64,000 nucleotides of DNA from Caecitellus pseudoparvulus (lineage: Eukaryota; Protista; Bigyra: Bicosoecida). The stretch lies in NCBI GenBank assembly GCA_965644315.1, contig CBFFRQ010000057.1:124001-188000 (forward strand), given 5' to 3'. Position numbers and translations under genes: made by a program. Numbering within the stretch: the stretch's first letter is position 1; each line of letters opens with the position of its first letter. The notes under the pieces are model-generated. The model searched no databases. It was not told where the DNA came from and saw only the letters and a program-made list of their open reading frames with translations. Shown one piece after another: positions 1 to 11,000 of the stretch.

Positions 1-3000
1 GAGGGCGGACACCAGGAGTGGCTGTCAGCTGGTGCCTGGCAAGCCACGCTTGCGAAAGCACGAAAGGCTGTCGTTGTCGTGCGGATGGAAATCATGTGCG
101 ACCCAGAGGGGGGCAGCGGAGGCACGAGCCAAGGCACAGGCTTTGTCGTTGATGCACGAGGCGGACTCATCGTCACCAACCGCCACATCGGTGAGTGAAC
201 TGCACTTGGCGTGGTGAAGCTGTGCACCCACATTTCCGCACACGGAACCGGACTTCACACGCCCCTGCCGCGCCTCGCAGTGGGGGTTGGCCCAACCATG
301 TATCGAGTCACATTCGTGAGCTCCAACGAGGAGGTCAAGGCTTACGCAGTGTACAGGTGGGTGGCCTTTTTCCGCCCTTCTACACGACAGGCGCAGCTGA
401 TGCAAGTCTGATGGTGCTTGCTTTGCGCAGAGACCCGATGCACGATTTTGGCGTGCTGAAGTACGATCCGAGCCAGCTGCTGCACACAGCCCCCGTGGCG
501 CTTGCGTTGAGGCCTGACCAGTGCACGATTGGGACGGAAATCCGCATCCTCGGCAACGATGCAGGGGAGCGTGAGCAGATCTTGGCTGGCACCATTGCCC
601 GCGTTGACCGCAACCCTCCCGAGTACGGGGACGGGACGTGGAACGACTACAATGTCGCATACGTTGGCGCAGCTTCCAACACTTCGGGGGGCTCCAGCGG
701 CTCCCCTGTGATCAACATCTCGGGCAACGCCGTCGCGCTCAATGCGGGTGGCGCCTCCAGGGCGGCCTCCGCCATGTACCTGCCCCTCTACCCTGTCAAG
801 CGAGCCGTGGAGTTGATCCAAGCCGGGAAGTATGTGCCACGTGGAGACATTCATACGCAGTTCTTGCTGCAGTCCCTGTCCGAGTGCCGCAAGCTCGGCC
901 TGCCCGCCGAGGTTGAGAAGGAAGTGAGAGAGGCAGAGGCTCAACGCGTGGCTGCCCTGGGCGTGGAAGGAGCTGAGCTGGACTCCGAGGACATGCGCTA
1001 CAACATGCCAGTCGTAGAGGCTGTCCTTCCAGCGGGAGCCGCTGCGCCAGACCGCTCCTTCCCAAGCCCCGTGCCTGGGTCTTCGCTGTCCCTGGGCAGT
1101 CTGCAAGCGGGGGATATTCTGTACAAGGTTGAGGGCAAGTTTGCAGGTGGGGATTTCCAGCGCCTTGAGCGTGCCCTGGATGCCGCCATTGAGCGAACCA
1201 TGGCCATGGACGCGGAAGCCTTGAACGTGGCGTCCAGGGCCGCCGGTGTGGTGCTGCACCCGCCCCCCACGGCCTGCCGAGCCCACGGCAATGGCCGCCT
1301 GCCCGGCGACGCCACTCCGGCTGATAGCACTGACAGTGCTGCATCTGAGCTGGCTGTTCTGGCCCCCTCCAGCAGTGCTCGTGCGGTGTGTGGCGTGGTG
1401 GAAGTGAGCGTGTTCCGGAACGGAGAGCTGGTGCACGTTCAGCTGCCTGTCGTGGATGCACATGCCCACGTCCCCCGCCTGTTCTTGCAGATCGGGGGTG
1501 CTATGTTGAGCGAAGTGCCGTACACACTCAGCCTTGGCGCCAACCGCCCGGCTGGCGGGGTGCAGGTGCTGGAGCCGGGCATGATGCTGGCATCGCTGGC
1601 CAGCGTTGGCCCTGTGAATGGCGCCATCATCCAAGCCATTGACGGTGTGCAGGTGCCCACCTTGCCACATGTGGCGGCGCTCCTGGCATCGTTTTCAGAG
1701 GGCTCCACGCGGCAGTTCACGGTGTATGAGCTGGCGGACCACATGTCCCCGCCTCAAGCGGCGGCCGCCGCCATTCACCGCAAGTTCGCCCAGTGCCGCC
1801 TGCTCAGTCGAAACATCATGGAGGACATTCTCAGCGCCACGGCGGGCTCGCACAGCGCTGAGGCAGGTGCCCTGACCTCCCCAGCAGCGCGCCGGCGCGC
1901 TGCTGTGCTGTCCACGTCTCGAATGGAGACGGCAGCGGAGGCTTGCCACCGGGAGTGGCGCGTGACGCCGCTGCCCTCAGTGCAGGAGGGCGCCAGCGCA
2001 GAGGCCAGCATCCATCACATGGCGGTGCTGATGGGCTCCCTGTCTTCGCAAGTGCTGGGCCCCGCCGCGACAGAGTCTGTGTTGGCCATGCTGGGCAGTG
2101 CAGGGGACGACGGCCAGGGGGGGTCTCCCTCCTTGGCTGGACAGGCCACTCACGGCACCCACGTGCAGGACGGTACCAAGGGCGCAGTCATCGTGGCTGG
2201 CGCGCTGCAAGAGCTGAAGGCTGCCAAGGCGGCATTGCAGGACGCAGGCTTTGCCTCCCCAGCGCTGTCCAAGCGGCGCAGCCGCAGCCAGGGCCTGGTG
2301 CCTGACGCGCCGCTGGCCAAGTTGCCTCGCGGCGTAGCGGGTGACGCCGTGGCCCTGCTACAGGCCACGGCCCGCATCTTGGTGCAACAGCGCGTGGCTG
2401 GGCTGAGCACTGCGCAGGCCAAGAAGCCGGGTGTGCTGCACACAGCGTTGGCCCTGGTGACGGTGTCGGTGCAGCACCCGTTCCCCATCGAGGGCGTGGG
2501 CGGCGGGGGCATGATGTCGTTCGACCTCATGGCACTGCTGTCAGGGCAGATGTCTTCAGGGGGCGGCGGCAAGACAGGCACGGGCGTCATTGTGGACCTG
2601 CAGCGGGGCCTGGTGCTGGTGTCCAAGGCGACCCTGCCCATCCTCATGTCCATCGTGACGGTGCAGGTGGGGCCCATGCGCGTTCCTGGTCGTGTCGTGT
2701 TCATCCACCCCACGGCGGACGTGGCCATCGTGCAGTTCGACACTCAGCGCACTGGCCTGGTGCACGTACTGCGGGAGGTGAGGGTGGGGCTGGCCGGCCC
2801 CCTGGACACCCGGTACTCTGAAGCCATCATGAACAGCGCCCAGAACGCCATCGCCGCCCACGCTGCCTGCGCCGGCAGCACGCCGCGCGAGGACAGGGAC
2901 GCATGTCTGGCCGCCACCAAGGACCGCTGCTGCACGTACTTCGACGAGGCAGTCGTGGACATCCTGGAGAGCAAGGGGCCAGATGCTGTCGTGCGTCTGG

Positions 3001-4982
3001 CCACGGAAGCTGACGCCCCTCGCCTGGTGGTCAGCCACGACAAGCGCCCCGGCCCCGTCATTGCCACAGACATGTTGCGAGGAGCGTACCGGAAGTGGGC
3101 GCTGTCTGAGGACATGCACGTCGTGAGCCTGGCCACGGACAACAGCGTGCAGGCGACGACGCTGGAGCGGTGGGGCACGCCATCCCTGCGCACGGGGCAG
3201 CAACTGGCGTACTCTGGGGAGGTCAGCGACGCCAACCGCGTGGGGGACTCGGATGTGTGGGGCCTGGACATGCTGCCGCTTCTGCGCATGGCTGGGGGGG
3301 GTGTCGCCGTGGACGTGCGCTCGGGGGAGGTGCGGGGCATCCTGTCCAGCTCCGGCGAGCTGCTGGGCGCCGAGTACTTCGGGCACGCGGTGCGGCAGGT
3401 GATCAACCGCATCTCCACCGGCGCCCCGGTGTCCCTGCGCTCCCTGGAGCTGTCCTTGCAGCCCATCTCCGTGAACGACGCCGTGCTGCACTTCGGCATG
3501 TCCCTGGAGCGGGCGGCGCTGCTCATGCAGGCGCTGCCCAGCAACTCCATGTTCCAGGTGCGGCAGTCCCCCCACCCTGCCCTGCGCCACAACGACATCC
3601 TGCTGGCCTTTGAGCCGTCCTCGGCGCTGGCAGACGGTGTGAACTTGGCGCCGGCAGGCGCGGAGCTGGTCATCAAGGGCTCGCCCCCGAAGCCCGAGGA
3701 GTGGTGGGTATCGCCAACAGAGCTGTCCCAGGGCCTGCTGCCACCGCCTGTGCGGCGGTCTCTGCCCATTTTGAGCGCCACCCAGCTGGCGGCTCGCAGC
3801 ACGGACGTGGAGTTCGTGACACTACGCGTGCTGCGGGGTGGGGAGGAGTACTTTGTGCGGGTGCCGACGTCTGACGTAGACGTGCGTGCCGCCAGCTCCA
3901 AGGAGGTGCTGTCGTGGTGCGGCATGTACATGCATGAGGCGGACGCCGTGCTGCGCCGCGTGCTGCCGCCCCGCTCCGTGCCGCACCTCGTGCCGCCCAA
4001 GCACCGGGCGCTGTGGCCAGAGGAGTTCCAGCCGGCGGAGGCTGAGGCACCTGCCGGCACAGCAGGCTCCGGCATTGCGTCCTTGGCCCTCCCCCGAGGC
4101 TTGGCATCCGCCATGGACGTCATGCTGCGGACGTGGCCGCGGGGCAGCACAGGGCCCCGTGAGAAGGCCCGCGTCATTTGCTCCTACATCGACCCCAACG
4201 CAGATGTGGGTGTGCAGGGCACCGTGTGGGTGACAGAGGTGAACGGGGTGCCAACGCCAACCCTGGCCGATGTGCTGCACGTCATCACGCGCGTGGGGGA
4301 CGGGGAGGCGGTGCGGGTGAAGCTGCAGGCCATCTCCACGGGGCAGAGCGCCGTCATCTCCGTCACCACCAACAACCTCGCCTTCCCCGTCACGCGCTTC
4401 GTACACACGCAGGACCTGACGTGGGAACGCGAAGTCATCACGGCGCCCTATCCGCCCACCAAGGACCTCGGCGGACCAGCCGCGGACGCCGGCCAGGGCA
4501 CGGGGACGCCCCTGCCTGCCCCCTCCTTGGCCCGCAGCAGTTCCCTGGATGGGCTGCAGGCTGATGCGGACATGCCCCCTGCTGGGCCCGTGCCACTCCT
4601 GCGCCAGAGCACGCTGTCCGCCGTGCCGGACCTGGCACAGGCCGGTCCGTCGCCCATGGGGGACGGCGCCGTCGGCCAGACTGAGCAGAGCACGCTGATC
4701 TTGTCAGACGCCGAGGAGGCCAAGCTGAACGAGCTGTTGGGGGAGGCGCTGAGCAAGGAGTGGGTGCCTGGCCGCGGCGAGGGCGTGAGTGACGACGAGC
4801 TTGCGTGGTGGGCGGATGTGGCGGTGAACTGCGCCGCCTTTGGGGCACTCGTGGGCCTGGGATACCTCGCCCGCCGCCACGCAGACAAGGCGCAAGGCCT
4901 GTGGCGACGCGCAGCGAGCTCTCTGGGCAGCCTCCCTGGCCTGCTGGGCCTGGGCAGCTCAGCCAGCGGTGCTGGCAAGTGA
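1..4982 (+). CDS. NMA111: Nma111/DEG7-like HtrA-family serine protease (two trypsin-like domains plus PDZ domains), 5'-partial
   Basis: Frame 1 from base 1 reads WQATLAKARKAVVVV...GTGFVVDARGGLIVTNRHI. Introns 191-280 and 357-430 splice this to YRDPMHDFG and GGSSGSPV, giving a His/Asp/Ser triad. A second degenerate protease domain (GTGVIVDLQRGLVLVSK...FIHPTADVAIVQFD) and PDZ-like segments (VTEVNGVPTPTLADV) follow. The start codon is upstream of the window. Confidence 0.9.
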
Positions 4983-5015
4983 TGGACTGGGCCCGTCCCA
5001 GCCAAGCGGCGTGAT

Positions 5016-5025
5016 CAATGCATTG
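5016..5025. terminator. Palindromic CAATGCATTG, candidate shared 3'-end/polyadenylation signal of two convergent genes
   Basis: Perfect 10-bp palindrome in the 54-bp gap between stops at 4982 (+) and 5037 (-). It reads CAATGCA on both strands, and the same motif recurs after many stops in the window. Confidence 0.6.
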
Positions 5026-5036
5026 GTGTGACAGAG

Positions 5037-8000
5037 TCACTGCTCGGCGCACTGGCGCTGCCTGGCAGCTTGCAGGGCGGCCAGGGGCGGACGCAGGGTG
5101 CCCGGCACAGTGTCCAGTGCCGCCACTCCAGGCGGCAGGCGCCCCTGCAGGATCTGAGCCGTGGCGGCGCCAGCAGGCATGATCCAGCTCTGCCCGGACG
5201 CCAAGTCCCAGGCCTTGGCCCAAGCGGCGAGGCTGGCCCCTGCCACGACGGACAGCCCGCCCCTGCCCGCCACGCCAGCCAGCCCCTCCAGCGCCTCCCG
5301 CGTGGCGCCAGCCAAGTCTTCCACCTCGCAGGCGCCACAGGGACCCACCATGACCGCCGTGCCTGCGGAAGCCAGCGCCTCCTCCAGGCTCTCCCGTGAG
5401 CGGGGCCCAAGCTCCAGGCACACCTCCCCCGCCTGCAAGCCCCAGGCACCTGTCCCATCGCCACTGCTTGTCTCCGCACCGGCGCTGGCTTGGGCTGCAG
5501 TCCACGTGTCTGAGTCCTCCCCACTGGCGGCGGCGGCGAGAAGGGCCGCTGTGGTGGAGGGCAGGGCCGGGGCGCCCAGCAAGGAGCGCTCCGTAATGGA
5601 GCCGTGGAACTCCACCTCCACCGCGACACCCGACTGCGCTGCCGACGTGTCCACTGACGTGGGCGGCGCCGGTGTGGCGGCGGCACGTGCAGCGGCCAGG
5701 GACTGCCCTGCCGCAGCAGCGGCAGCCACGGCATCTGCCAGCTCCGCTTCATCATCCGAATCCCACTCCTCTGGGTCAATGTCGTCCTCCTCTTCCTCCT
5801 CGTCGTCCGAGTCCTCGGCATCTGGGCCACGGGATCGCAGGGGGGTCGGCGGCAGGCTGGAGCTTACCAGCGCATCCGTGGGCGCCAGGATGGGCAGGCC
5901 AGCCGCGCGGGCAGCCGCTGCCGCGCGCCGCAAGATGGGCCCAGCAGCGTGCCATTCGGGGGACAGGGTGGGCGTGGCGCCGGTGTCAACGCCGCGGATG
6001 TGGGCCACCCACGCCGCCCCCAGCAAGCCCGTCAGGACCACCTTGTCCGCCCACTGCACTGCCGCCAGGAGCTGGCTGGCGCGCGTCAGCAGCGCCGCGC
6101 CGCCGCCCAGCACTGCCACGATGGGGCGCGGCGCAAAGGCCCGTTCACATGGGCGCAGGGAGGCCAGAGGCCCCAGCCTGCCGCCCATGTCAGCCTGCGC
6201 CACCCACGGGCCAAGGGGCGCCAGCGGCAGGGCGGTGTCCAGGAGCCTGGGCGCCACTGCCCCGCTGACCAGTGCTGAGGAGTACGGGGTGGCTGCACTG
6301 GGTGTGGCTGTGGGGAGCAGGGCAGCAGGGGGCTGTGCGGCGTGTGCTGGGGAGGGGCCCGCCCCCCCCAACCGAGCGAAGCGCATGCCCACTGGCAGTC
6401 CAGCAGCCAGTGCCGTGGCGTGGGCCTCCGCTGCCGAGTTCGCGCGCTCGGCAGCCTCAGGCGTGTGGACGGGGGGGCCGCGGCGCGGTGCGAAGAGAAT
6501 GGAGGCGAGGGCGAGGTCCAGGGACAGGGGCAAGCCCGCGACAATGGCGCCGCTGCGCTGCACGCGCTGCCCAGAGCGGGAGGCTCCCCGGTCCACCACC
6601 GCCTTCGTGCGGTGCGCCGTGGCCAGGTCGCCCCTGGCCGCCAAAGCACGCACTTCGGTGCTGGGAGAGGCGGCGGGGTCCAGCGCTGGCAAGGTCTGAC
6701 GGTCGGGGCGAGGCTTGATGGCGGTCACGGTGGCGGTGTCGGCGTGGGCCGTCGTCAGGGAGTCTAGCACGACGACATCCCCCAGAGCAGACAGGGCGGA
6801 GCGGAAGGCCACGACTCGAGCCAGAGCCCTGCGGCGAGCTGTCGGCACCGCCTCCTCCTCCCCTGCCACGGCCGCCTCCACTGCCCGCCACTCCGCCTCC
6901 GCCTCGGCACGCAGGCGCAGCCTCGCCAGCGCACACGTCAGCGCCGCTGCGTCGGCAGCAGACACACCCCACCTGCTGTGCAGCTCCGCTTGCACCGCGC
7001 TAGCCAACAGGGCAGCAGCCTCCCCTGGCGGCAGCAGCCGCAGAGCTTCCTCCCCGCCAAGTGGTGGCAGCTCCGAGCCTGAAGCGGAGGCAGGGGTGGA
7101 AACGTCGTCGCTCGCACCCCCCTCGGCCTCCTTGCCCGACCCCCCATCGGCCTCCTTCCCGGAGCTCCCCTCCTCCTCAGCCTCTTTGGCCTCTACGGCT
7201 GCCGCACCGCTCAGCGCCGGCAGGTCAGCAGGGCCCTCCCGCCCCTGGCGCAAGGCGATGGTGTTCTGAGCTGCGGCGGTGTCGGCCTCTGCGATCTGCT
7301 CCAGGCGGCGGGCGACGTCCTGTGCCCGCTCCGCCACCGTCGCTACCGCCGCCTCGCCAGCAGCGCTGCCCAGGCGCAGCAAGTCAGCCCCCGTCACGCC
7401 GTGCTCTGCCCAGGCCAGGGCCAGAGCCCGCAGGCCGCCGCCGTGGGCTGTCCTGCCTCCCTGCCCCAGCACCCAGTGCGTCACCTGCGTCGCATCCCAC
7501 TCCCGCACATCGCACTCGTCACACACACGCAGGCCGGAGGCGTGGGGCAGGTCGGCGCGCTGCCCCGTCACTGCCGCCACCGCCACCTGCCCCAGCTCCT
7601 CCTGTGGCGCGAAGCCAAGAACGTTCTCCAGCAAGAACACCCGCGTGGGCGAGGCGGGCTCACCCCGCGCCTTGGCCAGGCCCGCCGCTGTCTTGAGCGC
7701 AGCCGTCACAGCGGAGCCCAGTGGCGCCGTGACCGCAGCGCCGCCGCCGCCGCCCAGGCTGCCGCCGCTGCCAGTGGATCGCACGGAGCGAGCAGCCTCG
7801 CTGGCACCGGGCGCTGACACGGTGGTCTGCCCCGCTCCGGGTGCGCCAGCCGCCTGCTCGTCCTCCTCTTCGCGGCGCCGGAGCTCCTGCGCCGCCTCGG
7901 CCGCACCGTCAGCCACAGCTGCCTGGGCAGCGGCGAGGGTGGCAGCCGCTGTGGGGGCGCCACCCTGCCCCTCCTCGGACTGCGCGGGAAGGAACACCAC

Positions 8001-11000
8001 CTCCCGCCCCAGCAAGTCCCCCAGGGCGCGCGCCACGGGGCGCAAGGACAGCAGTGGCGGCGTGGGGGCCGCCGGGCCGGCGTCGACACCTGGGAGCAGG
8101 GGCAGGGACCGCGCCAGGTGCGCTGCGAGAGCGGCAGGCAGCTCCTCCCAGGCGCCAAAGCTGCCTGCCAGGGCGGCCGCCCGCGCCGCAGCTGTGCGCT
8201 GGCCCTTGAAGGCGCCAGGGTCACTCAGCAGGGCCGCACAAGTGGGTGTGTCCCACACGTGGGCTGTGGGGGGGCGGCACGCGCTGGGGTGGGCCAGGCG
8301 CCGCGCCACAGCCAACACCTCCTGGGCGGTGGGCGTGGGCGGAGGCAGCGCCACGGGCTTGCGCCAGATGATGGGGAGGCCGTTCAGCCCCCGTGGGGGC
8401 GGTGCCAGCCCCGGCGGCGCGAAGCTCGTGCCCACACACAAGTGTGCCGTGTCGTGGGCCGGCACGGCGGGTGGCGTCGCCCCTGCTCCTGGCTGGGCCG
8501 GTGAGGCGGTGCCTGGGAGGGGCAGGCGCACCACGCCAGCGGAGGACACCAGGACCACCGCCGCCGCCCGCGCTGCGATGAGGTATCGCAGGGAAGCCAA
8601 GGCCGTGGCCACTTTGGAGGAGGCAGCCACCACTGCCGGCAACCCGAAGGCCTTCACCTTGGCCTGCCCAGTGGCTGCCGCCCCCGCCGCGGCGGACAGG
8701 CGCGACCCACGGCTGGCACGACTGGCCCGACTGCCGGCAGAGTCCACGCTGGCAGCTGAGGAAGGCAGGTGCTGCTCGTCAGCTGCGGTGTCTTGCGGGG
8801 CGGCCGGGGCGGCTGGCAGCCCCGTGGCGAGAGCGTGGTGCACTGCCGCCTCCAGCACCTCCTGGGCCACATCCAGGTCTGCCCGCAGCACCACCACCTT
8901 GCCCCGCAGGCTGGTGGCCGTGTTCAAGTCCAGCAAGGAGCGCACACGGCCCAAGCGAGGGGCCAAGGCTGCCCGGGGTCGGCGGGGGGGCGGCACGGCG
9001 TCATACCCATCCAAGGCGTCACGTGCAGGGGGCGCCAGCGCTGGCTCCCCCGCCTGGGCTGGGGAGGGCTGTGGCTCAGGCAGGCGCAGGGTGGGGTCTG
9101 ACGGCGGCTGTGCAGCCGCGGTGGCGGAGGCGGCGGCGGCGGCGGGCTCCCCTGCAACTGGGGCGCTGCCATCCCCAGCTTGTGTCACGTCAGGCAGGGG
9201 CGGCGCCAGTCTGGCCGCGGCAGCCGCGCCGGCCGCAGCACCCCCCCGCACGCACTGCGTCAGCACGTCCAGGGCGTGGGCTGTGAGGAGGGGGATGGCG
9301 TCGGAGACGACCTGGGATCGTGCCCGGCACGGCGCCGCCTGCACCTCCCCCTGCACCGTCCCATGTGCCCGGGGCACAGGCAGGGGCGACGGCGCCGGTG
9401 TCGCGCCGGCGTCGGCAGTGATGGCCGCGAGGTGTGCCCCCGCCCGGCCCAGCTGGGCGGCCGCCTCCCCCACCAGGGGCCGCAAGGCAGCCACCATGCG
9501 GCGCCCCACAGGTGCCGCCAGCTCCGCTGCCTCCGCTGCCTCCGCAGCCTCGGCCCCCTCGCCGTGTGCCCCCGCCCCTGCGTCGCCCTTGTCCCCCCCT
9601 GGCCGGCCGCGCGGCGAGGCCTTGCCGCCTGCGCCGCTCTTTTTCTTCTTCAGGCCGCTGCCTTTGCCGGAGCCGCCCGCGGCGGTCGCCTCGGCAGCCG
9701 CCTGCAAGCGGGCACCAGCAGCCTCAGCCTGCGCGACGGCCGCCGCGGCCCGGCCCAGCGCCTCGTCTGCCCACACACAGCCCTTGGCGGCGGCGGCCAC
9801 GGCGGGCTGCAGGCCGGGCAGGGAGGGCGGCAGGGGGTGTGCGCGCAGCATGGGTGGGCCCGCCTCCTCCGCCCCGCCGCCGCTCGAGGCAGCCTTGGGC
9901 GATGCGGAGCCTTTCTTGCCCTTGCTCCCGGATGGCGCGGCGGGGGGGCTCACGGGGCGCAGGTGGAAGCCTGTGCCGGGGGCAGTGGCGGCGTGCGTGT
10001 CAGCCGCCGCCCGCCAGGCCTCGTCACACGCCGCCTCCCACTCCAGCTCCTCGTCCTCCTCCTCCTCGCCGTCGTCGTCGCCGCCGGGTCCACCCCCGAC
10101 CCCCCCTCCGCTGGGCGCCCACCTGGTGCCACTTGCATCCAGCACCAGCCCAGCTGGGCCCTCGTCACTGTCCCACTCAGAGGAAGAGGAGGAGTCCGAG
10201 TCCTCGTCAGCTCCGGCGGGCACGGGCAGTCCCACGCGCTTGTGGTCGCGTCGGGCCTTGCGACGTGCCTTGCGACGTGCCTCGCGGTCCTCCCCGCTGC
10301 ACCCCCGCTTTGCGGCATGCCGCTTCGCCCACAGCCCACGCGGCCCATGCACATGCGCGATGAGCGCATCATGCACGCCCAGCTCCAGCGGCACGTCGCA
10401 CTCTGGTCGCAGGGCCTCGCCCTCGGCGTCGCGGGCTCCGCCAGCCACCAGCGGCACCGCCTCTGCCAGCGCACACACCAGCGCCCGTGCCACGGGCCAC
10501 AAGGGCGATGCCCGCAGGTCCCTCTGCCGCCCAGCCACGACACAGGCTGCAAGGCGCCGCCGCAGCCACGCCTGCAGCACTGCCACCTGGTCTGCCAGGG
10601 GGGGAGGGGGAGGGGGCGCCACTGGCTCCTCAGCAGCCCCCCCCTTGCCGCCCCTGCTGCCGCGGGGGCTGCGGCCAGAGCTCTTCGTCGACTTGCGGCT
10701 GCCCTTGCGAGTGAGAGACTTGGGGCTGGCTGCCGCGGCACTGCCCAGCGCCTCTTCCAGTGAGGGGGGCGTCGGCGGTGCCTGCAGGGGGGGGGCCACC
10801 AGCGTCTCGGTGTCCAGGCGGGCGACAGCACGGGCGATGCTGGCCACACTGCCGTCCCACTCCGGCACGGCCATGCTGAGTCCAGGCGGCGGCGTGGGCG
10901 TGAAGGGGCTGGCGGCAAAGGCTGTCAGGGGCGACAGCTTGGGCCCCGGTGCCCCCTCCCCGCCCACACCCTCATCCTCGGCAGCCGGCAGAGGCAGGCG

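Noticed and set aside
5090-8915. Functional glycolytic phosphoglycerate kinase gene
   Set aside because: The basic-patch and glycine-loop residues are substituted, and the fold is interrupted by large inserts within a ciliary protein.
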